DNA from: an uncultured Halieaceae bacterium | Lineage (GTDB): Bacteria; Pseudomonadota; Gammaproteobacteria; Pseudomonadales; Halieaceae | Reading direction: 5' to 3' | Length of the DNA: 64,000 bases | NCBI GenBank assembly: GCA_963966765.1 | Contig: CAXAAR010000002.1 | Span: forward strand, 553 to 64,552 | Part shown: positions 43,205 to 52,910 of the stretch, one piece after another | Position numbering within the stretch: position 1 is the stretch's first letter | How the letters are laid out: each line of letters starts with the position of its first letter | Notes under the pieces: generated by a model | Databases searched by the model: none | The model's input: only the letters and a program-made list of their open reading frames with translations | Told to the model about the DNA's origin: nothing | Program-made: the position numbers and the translations under genes

Positions 43205-43413
43205 CTAAAATCCCCCTGAAGACCCTGCTGTGCACAGCACGCCAACTCGCAGAGATAGACCCCCGCCACAAATGACTGTCGCAGCTCTCGAGCCTTTGCG
43301 AGCCCCTTAAAAAGCGTCGCGATTATAGGTTTTCCGGAGCACAATTACAAACCCGAATTCTAGTCCGTTCGCCACAAACCCTCCACTGGCCTGCATTTTG
43401 TTCCCTCTTCGAA

Positions 43414-43441
43414 TTGACAATTCGGAGGCATTGTCTATAGT
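43414..43441 (+). promoter_or_regulatory. Sigma70-type promoter candidate for gltA
   Basis: TTGACA (43414-43419), a 16-nt spacer and TATAGT (43436-43441). The end of the -10 lies 34 nt upstream of the gltA ATG at 43476. Confidence 0.5.
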
Positions 43442-43475
43442 GATTGGCCCACAGTTTTACACTCAGGACCTTCTT

Positions 43476-44762
43476 ATGACCGAGAAAAAAGCTTCGTTGA
43501 GCTTGGACGGAATAGCAAGCCCCATTGAATTGCCTATTTATCAAGGTACGATCGGCCCTGACGTTATCGACGTCGGAAAATTAACCGCAGAGGGCTACTT
43601 CACCTATGATCCGGGCTTTGTCTCGACCGCAGCCTGCGAATCTGCAATCACTTACATCGATGGTGGCAAAGGCATCCTGCTCCACCGCGGCTACCCTATC
43701 GAACAACTCGCCGAGCACAGCAACTATTTAGAAACCTGTTATTTACTGCTTAACGGGGAATTACCCAACGAGACTCAGAGAGAAGAATTTGTCAATACGG
43801 TCAAAAACCACACCATGGTGCATGACCAAGTCTCGACGTTTTTCCGAGGCTTCCGCCGCGATGCCCATCCTATGGCTATTATGTGTGGTGTAGTCGGCGC
43901 ATTATCAGCCTTCTATCATGACTCGCTCGAAATCAGTAACGAGCACCATCGTCGAATTGCGGCTTTCCGGCTTATCGCGAAGATGCCAACCTTAGCCGCG
44001 ATGAGCTACAACTACTCGATCGGCATGCCCTTCATGTATCCCGACAACAGCATGAGCTACGCCGAAAACTTTTTGCACATGATGTTTGGCAATCCCTGTG
44101 AACCCAGCAAGATAAGCCCAGTGTTGTCGCGAGCTATGGACAAAATCTTCCTGCTCCACGCCGATCATGAGCAGAACGCATCAACTTCGACTGTGCGACT
44201 GGCTGGCTCATCTGGTGCCAATCCATTTGCCTGTATCGCGGCCGGTATCGCTGCTTTGTGGGGGCCATCACATGGTGGCGCCAACGAAGCCGTGCTCGAT
44301 ATGCTCACAGAAATCGGCGACGTCTCTCGGATTGACGAGTTTGTCGCCCGAGCAAAAGATAAAGATGACCCTTTCCGGCTGATGGGATTTGGGCACCGAG
44401 TCTACAAAAACTTCGATCCTCGGGCCAAGGTTATGAAGCAAGCAGCCGACGAAGTATTGGCCGAGCTCGGAATCAATGATCCCCTCCTCGAAATCGCCAA
44501 GCGACTCGAAGAGATCGCCTTGGAAGACGCGTATTTTGTTGAGAAGAAGCTCTACCCGAACGTCGATTTTTACTCGGGTATCATCCTTAAAGCCATGGGT
44601 ATACCGACCAGCATGTTTACCGTTATCTTCGCGGTAGGAAGAACTGTCGGATGGATCGCTCACTGGGATGAGATGATCAGTGGTAGCTACAAGATTGGCC
44701 GGCCAAGACAGCTCTATACGGGCTATGCACAGCGAGACTACAAAGCGCTAAACGACCGATAA
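43476..44762 (+). CDS. gltA: Citrate synthase (type II)
   Basis: [12 protein letters not shown]...[35 protein letters not shown] and [14 protein letters not shown] are canonical. I trimmed the track ORF to the ATG at 43476. Confidence 0.95.
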   Translation: MTEKKASLSLDGIASPIELPIYQGTIGPDVIDVGKLTAEGYFTYDPGFVSTAACESAITYIDGGKGILLHRGYPIEQLAEHSNYLETCYLLLNGELPNETQREEFVNTVKNHTMVHDQVSTFFRGFRRDAHPMAIMCGVVGALSAFYHDSLEISNEHHRRIAAFRLIAKMPTLAAMSYNYSIGMPFMYPDNSMSYAENFLHMMFGNPCEPSKISPVLSRAMDKIFLLHADHEQNASTSTVRLAGSSGANPFACIAAGIAALWGPSHGGANEAVLDMLTEIGDVSRIDEFVARAKDKDDPFRLMGFGHRVYKNFDPRAKVMKQAADEVLAELGINDPLLEIAKRLEEIALEDAYFVEKKLYPNVDFYSGIILKAMGIPTSMFTVIFAVGRTVGWIAHWDEMISGSYKIGRPRQLYTGYAQRDYKALNDR

Positions 44763-44781
44763 ATACTAATAAGGATTAGCA

Positions 44782-45897
44782 ATGGATCAGGCTGCCATCA
44801 CTGGAACGGGGTTATTTACCCCGCCAAATGCGATCTCAAACGAGGAACTTGTCGCTGCCTTCAATCACTATGTCGATCGCTACAACACCGATCATCAAGC
44901 AGAGATAGAGGCCGGCACACAAGCAGCCCTGACGCATTCTTCGCCTGAGTTCATCGCCAAAGCCTCGGGTATCAAGTCCCGTTTCGTGGTCGATAAATCG
45001 GGGATTATTGATCCAGCGAGGTTAAAGCCCTACATCCCAGAGCGAAGCAACGAAGAGCAGTCGATCCAATGTGAGATGGCTGTCGATGCAGCTAAGCAAG
45101 CCATGCGCGCTGCCCAGTGTGACGGGTCAGATATTGATGCCGTAATCGTAGCGTGCTCCAACCTGCAGCGCCCCTATCCAGCGATTGCTATCGAAGTCCA
45201 AAGCGCGCTCGGCATCGAAGGGTATGCATTTGACATGAACGTCGCGTGCTCTTCCGCCACCTTTGGTATTGCCCAAGCAGCGGGCGCAATCCGAGATGGT
45301 CTCGCGCGTCGTGTACTCATGGTCAATCCCGAGATTTGCAGCGGGCATCTCAACTTCGAAGATAGAGATTCGCACTTCATATTTGGAGACGTCTGTACCG
45401 CTGTGATTATTGAAAGTGCCGATGCGTCCTCTGGCGGTTATCTCATCAGAAGCACCAAACTGAAAACCATGTTCTCGAATAATATTCGCAATAACTTTGG
45501 CTTCCTGAACCGCGCCGACGAGTCAGGTGTTGGTAGCAAAGACAAACTGTTCATTCAAGAAGGCCGCAAGGTCTTCAAAGAAGTCTGTCCAGCGGTTGCA
45601 GAACTCATCACCTCGCAACTGGCGGCGACCAATATTCCCTCGACTGACCTGAAACGGCTGTGGCTACATCAAGCCAACCTAAACATGAACGAGTTGATTG
45701 CTCGCAAGGTATTGGGCCGTGATCCCGAGGCTGGCGAAGCACCCGTCATTCTCGATGAATATGCCAACACTAGCTCCGCTGGCTCAATCATTGCTTTTCA
45801 CAAGCACCATGCAGACTTAAACGCGGGTGACTTAGGTATTCTTTGTTCTTTCGGTGCAGGCTACAGTATCGGTAGCGTCTTACTCGAAAAGCGCTAG
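44782..45897 (+). CDS. Beta-ketoacyl-ACP synthase III family enzyme (long, PA3286-like form)
   Basis: 371 aa. The Cys-His-Asn triad contexts are [21 protein letters not shown] and YANTSSAGS. The N-terminus [26 protein letters not shown] resembles the about 370-aa KAS III group rather than the about 320-aa FabH group. Confidence 0.75.
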   Translation: MDQAAITGTGLFTPPNAISNEELVAAFNHYVDRYNTDHQAEIEAGTQAALTHSSPEFIAKASGIKSRFVVDKSGIIDPARLKPYIPERSNEEQSIQCEMAVDAAKQAMRAAQCDGSDIDAVIVACSNLQRPYPAIAIEVQSALGIEGYAFDMNVACSSATFGIAQAAGAIRDGLARRVLMVNPEICSGHLNFEDRDSHFIFGDVCTAVIIESADASSGGYLIRSTKLKTMFSNNIRNNFGFLNRADESGVGSKDKLFIQEGRKVFKEVCPAVAELITSQLAATNIPSTDLKRLWLHQANLNMNELIARKVLGRDPEAGEAPVILDEYANTSSAGSIIAFHKHHADLNAGDLGILCSFGAGYSIGSVLLEKR

Positions 45898-46958
45898 GAC
45901 TGTGCAAGAATCTGCTTAAGGCTCTCAATTAGGCTGTTGACGTCCTGCTCGTCCCCCACCGTAATTCGAAGCCAAGAGCTCAACCTTGGCGATCGAAAAT
46001 GACGCACGATAATCCCGAAAGACCGCAATTGCTGTTGTGCCAATTCACCTGTCATCATGGGGTGGTGCGCAAGCACAAAGTTGGCCGCTGAGGGTAGCAC
46101 TTCAAACCCTAATTGGACCAAACCTTCAACCATCAGCGATCGACAGGCGCAAGTCTTTGTCACGGTCTCGGCAAAGTAGGCGTCATCTTGTATCGATGCA
46201 ACGGCGCCCTTCTGAGCGAGCAAGTCGAGAGGATAGGAGTTGAACGAATCTTTAACACGAATAAGCCCCTCGATTAAGTCTGCGTGACCAATCGCGTAAC
46301 CCACTCTAAGCCCCGCCAACCCCCGAGCTTTAGAGAATGTGCGAACCACCAATAGGTTCGGATAGGTATTCACAAGGGCAACCGCAGATTCAGCGCCAAA
46401 GTCGACATAAGCTTCGTCGACGATGATCACAGACTCAGGCCGATCCGCTGCCAGTTTCTCGACAACCGTTAGCGGCACAGCAATACCGGTTGGCGCATTA
46501 GGATTAGGAAAAATAATGCCAGAGCAGTCTTCTGGATATTGCGTGAAATCAATTCGGTAAGCATCGTTAAGTGGAATGACCTGCGTATCGATGGCCAAAA
46601 GCTTCGCCCATACAGGGTAAAAGCTGTAGCTGATATCGGGAAAACAAAGCGCTCCTTTGTCTCTCAATAATGCCATAAATGCGAATCCTAAGACTTCATC
46701 AGAACCGTTCCCGACGAACACCTGCGACGGCTGCACCTGGTGATAGGCCGCCAAGACCTCACACAACTCACTGGCACGTGGATCCGGGTACAATCGCAAC
46801 TTGTCATCAGCAGCCGCTCGAATGGCGGCAACGACTCGCGGCGATGGCGGATACGCACTTTCATTAGTATTAAGTTTGATCAACTGGGTGCCGCGTGGCT
46901 GTTCGCCGGGTACATAGGGCTCTAGATCCGCAATGTTGGCGCTCCAAAAACGACTCAT
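45894..46958 (-). CDS. hisC: Histidinol-phosphate aminotransferase
   Basis: 354 aa. The class-II aminotransferase PLP-lysine context is [18 protein letters not shown], and the N-terminus is [13 protein letters not shown]...[14 protein letters not shown]. Confidence 0.85.
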   Translation of the reverse strand: MSRFWSANIADLEPYVPGEQPRGTQLIKLNTNESAYPPSPRVVAAIRAAADDKLRLYPDPRASELCEVLAAYHQVQPSQVFVGNGSDEVLGFAFMALLRDKGALCFPDISYSFYPVWAKLLAIDTQVIPLNDAYRIDFTQYPEDCSGIIFPNPNAPTGIAVPLTVVEKLAADRPESVIIVDEAYVDFGAESAVALVNTYPNLLVVRTFSKARGLAGLRVGYAIGHADLIEGLIRVKDSFNSYPLDLLAQKGAVASIQDDAYFAETVTKTCACRSLMVEGLVQLGFEVLPSAANFVLAHHPMMTGELAQQQLRSFGIIVRHFRSPRLSSWLRITVGDEQDVNSLIESLKQILAQS

Positions 46959-46977
46959 TCAAGCTTCTCCGCTACTA

Positions 46978-47697
46978 TTAGGGCGATTCTAATTGGTTTG
47001 AGATCTCAGCCGACGAACGATGACGAACGTCGTGACCACTCACCATATAAATGACGTGCTCACCAATATTGCTGGCGTGGTCACCAATACGCTCTAGCGC
47101 TTTCAGGGCCCACAGTTCATTCAGCATGACGGGGATAATTGATTCGTCAGCTCGCATCGTTTTCACAACGACTTCCATTGCTTGGGCGTACACCGCGTCG
47201 ATTGAGCTGTCGCCCGCAACAATTTCAAGGGCCAGCTGTGCATCAGAGCGAGCCAATGCATCGAGCGCTAAACGCAAAGTGTCAATAATCTGTTTTCCCA
47301 TTAAGCGCAAGTTGACAAACTGGCTATCCAGCAGACTGTTCTCGACAATGACCTTTGCTTGTCGCGCTATTTTAGCGGCTTCATCGCCAACGCGCTCTAG
47401 GTCCATATTGATTTTAATGACGGCAAGTACAAGCCGGAGGTCACTTGCAGCGGGCTGCCGTCGTGCCAGAATCCGAGCACACTCTTGATCGATTTTCAGC
47501 TCTAACGCGTTCACTTCATTGTCGCGCTTAATGACCTGCAAGGCCTTCTCGGTATTCTTTTCCAACAGCGCATTCAATGCCAGGCTCAGTTGTGATTCAA
47601 CCAACCCACCCATCGCGAGAATATCGTTTTTAAGAGTGCCCAACTCATTATTGAATTGTCCCGAAATATGGGGTTTATGCTGATCACTCTGAAACAC
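46978..47697 (-). CDS. phoU: Phosphate signalling complex protein PhoU
   Basis: 239 aa with two PhoU repeats (DLERVGDEAAKIA and ALERIGDHASNIGE). Confidence 0.92.
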   Translation of the reverse strand: MFQSDQHKPHISGQFNNELGTLKNDILAMGGLVESQLSLALNALLEKNTEKALQVIKRDNEVNALELKIDQECARILARRQPAASDLRLVLAVIKINMDLERVGDEAAKIARQAKVIVENSLLDSQFVNLRLMGKQIIDTLRLALDALARSDAQLALEIVAGDSSIDAVYAQAMEVVVKTMRADESIIPVMLNELWALKALERIGDHASNIGEHVIYMVSGHDVRHRSSAEISNQLESP

Positions 47698-47709
47698 GAA
47701 TTACTCCTG

Positions 47710-48483
47710 TTAACTAAATTTTCCGGTGATGTAGTCCTCTGTTCGCACTTCCCGAGGGTTGGTAAACAAAGCAGTGGTGTTGTCATACTCGACGATCGAA
47801 CCCTGATGCATGAAGGCAGCCCAATCCGAGACTCGCGCTGCTTGTTGCATGTTATGAGTCACCACCACGATAGTATAGCGAGATTTCAACTCGTAGATGA
47901 GCTCTTCTATTCGCAGTGTTGAAATTGGATCTAGCGATGAAGCGGGCTCATCTAACAGCAATACCTCAGGCTCCACCGCGATCGCTCGAGCAATGACCAG
48001 TCGCTGCTGCTGACCACCCGATAAAATACCGGCCTGTGAGTCCAATCGATCTTTGACTTCATCCCACAGTGCCGCCAATCTTAAGGACTGCTCAACCCGT
48101 TGCTCAATCACCCTGGTACTCTTTTCACCCACCAATCTTAAGCCATACGCCACATTTTCAAAGATCGACATAGGAAAGGGATTCGGTTTTTGAAACACCA
48201 TACCAATCCGCTGTCTGAGCTCTGTCACATCGATCTCTGGCGCGAAAATAGACTGACCATCAAGGGTGATATCTCCTGTAATCCTGACTTGAGGCTTGAG
48301 TTCAACCAGTCGATTAATGCAGCGCAACAAACTCGATTTGCCGCTACCACTGGCGCCGATAATAGCCGTAACGCTCTCTCTTTCGAGGGTCAACTGGACA
48401 TTTCTAAGTACCGGCTCATCAGCACCGTAGCTTAACGATAGATCAGCAATTTCTATAATTGGCGAAGTCATCAGTAGTTCCAT
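47710..48483 (-). CDS. pstB: Phosphate ABC transporter ATP-binding protein
   Basis: Walker [10 protein letters not shown], the PstB-typical [18 protein letters not shown], signature LSGGQQQRL and Walker B LLLDEP are present. Confidence 0.93.
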   Translation of the reverse strand: MELLMTSPIIEIADLSLSYGADEPVLRNVQLTLERESVTAIIGASGSGKSSLLRCINRLVELKPQVRITGDITLDGQSIFAPEIDVTELRQRIGMVFQKPNPFPMSIFENVAYGLRLVGEKSTRVIEQRVEQSLRLAALWDEVKDRLDSQAGILSGGQQQRLVIARAIAVEPEVLLLDEPASSLDPISTLRIEELIYELKSRYTIVVVTHNMQQAARVSDWAAFMHQGSIVEYDNTTALFTNPREVRTEDYITGKFS

Positions 48484-49803
48484 TTACTCGAGCAGGTGGC
48501 GATACTTACGGTCAAGCCTGTTGCGCAACAGGACAGCGAGTGTATTCAGCACCATCACAATGACAAACAGTAGCAGTGCTGTGGCAAAGACCCTGGGCCT
48601 AGTGGCCTCCATATCAATACTTTGGAAGCCCAAGTCGTAAATATGGTAACCCAAATGCATGAACTTTTGGTCCAGGCGCAAGAACGGATAATCGGTTGTA
48701 ATGGGCAGGTCGGGCGCAAATTCGACCACGCCAACCAACATGAGCGGCGCAACTTCACCCGCGGCCCTTGCAATCGCAAGAATCAACCCAGTCATCATGG
48801 CGGGGCCAATCAGCGGCAAGATAAGCCGAAACAGAGTTTCCGCTCTCGTCGCACCTAGGGCATAACTGGCCTCGATGATTGATCGAGGCACCCTTGCCAG
48901 CCCCTCTTCAGTGGCGACAATCACGACCGGTAAAGTCAGCAGCGCAAGCGTCAGAGACGCCCACAAAAGACCGGGCTCGCCAAAGGTTGGGCTAGGCAAG
49001 CTGTCGCTGTACATTGCGCTATCAATCTCGCTTCCCAATCCATAGACAAATACACCCAATCCAAACACACCATAAACCACGCTTGGAATTGCTGCCAAAT
49101 TATGTACTGCCACTCGTATCCATGAAGTGAGACGTCCTTGAGCCGCGTACTCATGCAGATAAATCGCAGCCAACACCCCGAGTGGCATCACAAAAACGGT
49201 CATTAACAGCACCATGACAACGGTGCCAACAAGAGCGGGAAATACGCCAGCATCACTCGGCGAGTCTGGCGACGCAAAAAATAAAAAGTTGGCAATGTTA
49301 TCCGCAAATATCTGAAGGCTCTGAATAATCGTAAGTTGATTTGGAAAGTACCAGCGGACAATAGCGTCCCCCTGCATCGGCACTTTGAACTCCGGGGTAA
49401 CGCTCAGAATTGCAGGTTCTGCGCTCTCAATCCAAACGCCATATAGGATGCCCAAAACATCGTGTTCTACTCTTACAATATCGATCGGTCGCGAGCGAGC
49501 AACAAGTTCTGAGCGAGTGACTCTTCTGACCGAATTTGGATCGCTAGCTTGATGTCCAACGGAGATCACCAAGGACGACGGCGACTCCTCGATGATTTGC
49601 CCAGTGATACGGGTACCATCCTGAGTTTCCCATTGATACACAGGCTCTGGCCAGAACTGTAAACGTGACTGATCTACGAGTAACGCAAACAAAGCCGCCA
49701 GCGCCAATAGACAAAGAGCAACCGCCCCGCCGCACAGAAACATGATAGCGTCATCAGATCGCCATCGCTGCGCGCGACGTTTCAGCCTGGTATGAAAACT
49801 CAC
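48484..49803 (-). CDS. pstA: Phosphate ABC transporter permease PstA (long form with an extracytoplasmic insert after TM1)
   Basis: 439 aa. The EAA loop is ATEEGLARVPRSIIEASYALGATRAETLFRLILP. An insert of about 130 aa lies between TM1 and TM2. Confidence 0.9.
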   Translation of the reverse strand: MSFHTRLKRRAQRWRSDDAIMFLCGGAVALCLLALAALFALLVDQSRLQFWPEPVYQWETQDGTRITGQIIEESPSSLVISVGHQASDPNSVRRVTRSELVARSRPIDIVRVEHDVLGILYGVWIESAEPAILSVTPEFKVPMQGDAIVRWYFPNQLTIIQSLQIFADNIANFLFFASPDSPSDAGVFPALVGTVVMVLLMTVFVMPLGVLAAIYLHEYAAQGRLTSWIRVAVHNLAAIPSVVYGVFGLGVFVYGLGSEIDSAMYSDSLPSPTFGEPGLLWASLTLALLTLPVVIVATEEGLARVPRSIIEASYALGATRAETLFRLILPLIGPAMMTGLILAIARAAGEVAPLMLVGVVEFAPDLPITTDYPFLRLDQKFMHLGYHIYDLGFQSIDMEATRPRVFATALLLFVIVMVLNTLAVLLRNRLDRKYRHLLE

Positions 49804-51959
49804 AGGTGCTCCAGACGCTGGCGCAACCTGCGCCTCACGACATCTGCCAAGGTATTGATCAGAAAAGTAAACACGAACAGCTGGAGAGCCAAAAATATCA
49901 GCACGTGGAAATGTAGGGTATTGGGCACAACCTCTGGCATTTCAATCGCCAAAGTCGCTGAAATCGTCCGCATTCCGGTCGTCATTAAGCCATCAATAAT
50001 TGGCGTATTGCCGGTCGCCATCAACACAATCATGGTTTCGCCAATCGCTCGAGCCAAACCCATCATAACGGCCGACAAAATGCCTGGGGCCGCTGTGGGC
50101 AATACGATACTTCGTGCCGTTTGCCACTCGGTAGCACCCATTGCCAAGGCGCCTTCTCGCAGATGCGAGGGCACAGCAAATAGCGCATCTTCAGCAATCG
50201 TGTATATCGTTGGGAATACCGCCAAGCCCATCATCACACCCACAACAATAGAGTTGCGCTGCTCATAAGAGATACCCCAACGTTCAGACAGCGCGCTGAC
50301 CAAACCTGCGGGGAAGACAGAGGACTCGACATAACTACCAATCAACCAAGCAAGCCAGATCCCCCCTCCAACCGCAAGCATCGTCAGAATGAGCTCAGAT
50401 CCCGAGAGCTGACTTTCCGAATAACCACCGGGGGACAATCGCCAAATGAATGACATCGCCACCAAACACACTGGAATAAGGACGATCGCAAAAGCCACAT
50501 GCAGCAAGTGGTGCTCAAGCCAAGGGGCCAACCAGAGTCCTGCCACCAAGCCCAGTATCACGGTCGGCAGTGCTGCTAACAGCTCTAAACTGGGCTTGAC
50601 TGCAGCACGCACACTGGCCGTCATAAAGTAGGCAGTGAAGACCGCAGCCGCAATCGCCATGGGGGCGGCAAATAGTAAAGTATAAAATGCCGCTTTGAAG
50701 GTCCCGTACAACAAGGGCGTAATCGAAAATTTCGGGGGACTTAGGGGCGAGATACCCGTACTTTGCCAAGTAAAACTCGACTCTGCGTAACTCTCGTAAG
50801 CCAGTTCACCAAACAGACTTAACAATGGGATATTCGCGCTGTGGTTTTCAACCCGCCAAAGCTCGACTGAATCATCGTAGAGAACGGTAATCATGCCATG
50901 CAATGCGAATTGTCGATGTTCCGCCGTCAGCTCAAGCTGGATCCGCTCAGTGCCGCGAGTGTACGGATCATAGAAAGAGACCATGCCACTATTCTCAATA
51001 ACGGCAGCACCACGACCCACAGCCCCCATCGCCATAATCTGACCATTAAAAGCCAACTTTTGCTTATCGAGTAAGGCTAGGGCAGGCTCTGCGCCATGCT
51101 GGTCAAGACCGTAATAGACCCACTGAGACTGTTCAGAAATACCGACTAGACCATAGCTCGATCCCAGTCGCACTAACTGAGTATCCGGGAGTAGTGGATC
51201 TATCTGCCCCTCTACTATGTGATTACCATCTGCCGAGCGCAGTGCATAAGCCCCTTGCTGATGCCACTCGAGTAACCAGCGACCCTCAGCAAGTATGGTG
51301 TGTTGGTCATAATTCGATTTTGAAGCGACCACTAACAGGGGCTGAATACTGATCTCAAGCGAAGATCGAAGGGGCGTCTGCTTCCGAACGGCCTCAAGCC
51401 AGTGTAGCTCATTGGCGTACCGCAGCACCATTTGATAGCGCCCTTCTGCCACCCTCTCAATCTTTGCAGTCATTGGCAGCTCATCGCAGACAGTGCGCCA
51501 CAGTGGAGATGGCGTTTCCTTAGACACCGCGGGCGCACCCCAATCAACGCCCTCGTATAAGCTGATGGTGCAATCTTCGTGGACCACTAAGGTGATTGCA
51601 GAGTCGCCTGCAGCTGTTGAAATCAAGGCGACCTCATTTCCCAGCGGACGCCAAGTAGCTACCGACTCAGTGGGCGAAAAAGTGAGTATGCCTGTACGCT
51701 GGGCTTTTGTTTCGCGAACCAAAAGCTGTCGATCACTGAGCGTGGTCGGTGCTTCAAAACGGGCATTAGTGTGATATTGGGTACGCTGTAAATCGGTCTT
51801 GTCGAGCCACAGCGGCGCTGATTGCCACACCAAAAATAGGAAAATTGAGGCGATAGCCAAGAGTACTAAACTACCGCCTGTGACCACTGCCAAAGTGACT
51901 GTTCGTTCAAGAGCGGAACGCCGCAATCTACTGCGCTTAACTCTAGTTTGGGTGTTCAT
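49800..51959 (-). CDS. pstC: Phosphate ABC transporter permease PstC (long form with an N-terminal extracytoplasmic domain of about 370 aa)
   Basis: 719 aa. One N-terminal TM is followed by about 370 non-membrane residues and then a six-TM core with the EAA loop IAEDALFAVPSHLREGALAMGATEWQTARSIVLP. Confidence 0.9.
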   Translation of the reverse strand: MNTQTRVKRSRLRRSALERTVTLAVVTGGSLVLLAIASIFLFLVWQSAPLWLDKTDLQRTQYHTNARFEAPTTLSDRQLLVRETKAQRTGILTFSPTESVATWRPLGNEVALISTAAGDSAITLVVHEDCTISLYEGVDWGAPAVSKETPSPLWRTVCDELPMTAKIERVAEGRYQMVLRYANELHWLEAVRKQTPLRSSLEISIQPLLVVASKSNYDQHTILAEGRWLLEWHQQGAYALRSADGNHIVEGQIDPLLPDTQLVRLGSSYGLVGISEQSQWVYYGLDQHGAEPALALLDKQKLAFNGQIMAMGAVGRGAAVIENSGMVSFYDPYTRGTERIQLELTAEHRQFALHGMITVLYDDSVELWRVENHSANIPLLSLFGELAYESYAESSFTWQSTGISPLSPPKFSITPLLYGTFKAAFYTLLFAAPMAIAAAVFTAYFMTASVRAAVKPSLELLAALPTVILGLVAGLWLAPWLEHHLLHVAFAIVLIPVCLVAMSFIWRLSPGGYSESQLSGSELILTMLAVGGGIWLAWLIGSYVESSVFPAGLVSALSERWGISYEQRNSIVVGVMMGLAVFPTIYTIAEDALFAVPSHLREGALAMGATEWQTARSIVLPTAAPGILSAVMMGLARAIGETMIVLMATGNTPIIDGLMTTGMRTISATLAIEMPEVVPNTLHFHVLIFLALQLFVFTFLINTLADVVRRRLRQRLEHL

Positions 51960-52909
51960 AACACCCCTAACTCGGCTTTGACTTGCAAACGATGCGACAG
52001 TGGCAAGGCAACAAAACCTGACTTCGAAACCACTTCTTGCCCGGAATCAGACAGCACAACCCGAATAAAATCTCGTTCCAAACCGGTTATTGCCTTGCCC
52101 TTGGGTTGGTTAACGTAAAGGTATAGAGGGCGGGCCAATGGGTATTGCCCACTGATCGCGCTCTCTTCCGTTGGCGAAACGGCAGGAGCACCATCATGCC
52201 GCCGTAAAGCCAAGGGCTTGACACCCGAACTCAGGAAGCCAACACCGGTATAACCAATGCCGCGCAAAGATACCGCAACCGACTGCACCACCGAGCTGGA
52301 CCCTGGCTGCTCACTCACGTTACTCGCAAAGTCGCCCCCACAAAGCGCTTGCCGCCTGAAAAAGGTATAGGTTCCCGAAACGGAATTACGCCCAAAGAGG
52401 CTGAGGGGTTGCGTGCTCACCGAGCCAACAACCCCCAAATCCCCCCACAATTCCGGACGTGATTCACCGCCACACCGTCGAGTCGAAGAAAAAATGGCAT
52501 CGAGCTGAGGCAGGGACAGAGACTCTAAGGGATTATCGATATGGACAAACACAGAAACCGCGTCGACACCGACTATGATTTCGGTAATTGGGTAACCATA
52601 TTTGTTTTGAAAGGCAAGGCGCTCCGATGGCGTCATCGGTCGACTCATGGGACCAATACTCGCGGCACCTTCTAGCATTGCCACCGGGGCAGTGCTAGAC
52701 CCGCTCGACTGAACTTGCACAACCACGTCAGGATATTGAGTGCTGTAGAGGCTGACCCAACTCCGCATCATACCGCTGAGAGTATCAGAGCCCACGCTAG
52801 ATAGCTTCGCAACGCGAGTATCGGGAGCATCACTAGACTGAGCGCTGACTGCAAACAACGCTATAGTCCATATTAAGAGTCTTAGTATGCGTTGCACGGC
52901 GGCTAACAT
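51956..52909 (-). CDS. pstS: Phosphate ABC transporter substrate-binding protein (PstS family)
   Basis: 317 aa with a signal peptide. SVGSDTL...QSSGSSTAP...GRNSVSGTYTFF are PBP-like-2 phosphate-binding motifs. The GTG four codons downstream is an alternative start. Confidence 0.88.
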   Translation of the reverse strand: MLAAVQRILRLLIWTIALFAVSAQSSDAPDTRVAKLSSVGSDTLSGMMRSWVSLYSTQYPDVVVQVQSSGSSTAPVAMLEGAASIGPMSRPMTPSERLAFQNKYGYPITEIIVGVDAVSVFVHIDNPLESLSLPQLDAIFSSTRRCGGESRPELWGDLGVVGSVSTQPLSLFGRNSVSGTYTFFRRQALCGGDFASNVSEQPGSSSVVQSVAVSLRGIGYTGVGFLSSGVKPLALRRHDGAPAVSPTEESAISGQYPLARPLYLYVNQPKGKAITGLERDFIRVVLSDSGQEVVSKSGFVALPLSHRLQVKAELGVL

Positions 52910-52910
52910 G

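Noticed and set aside
43323-43544. 73-aa minus-strand ORF in the sdhC-gltA intergenic region
   Set aside because: It overlaps the gltA promoter and start on the opposite strand. It has no ribosome-binding site and resembles no family.
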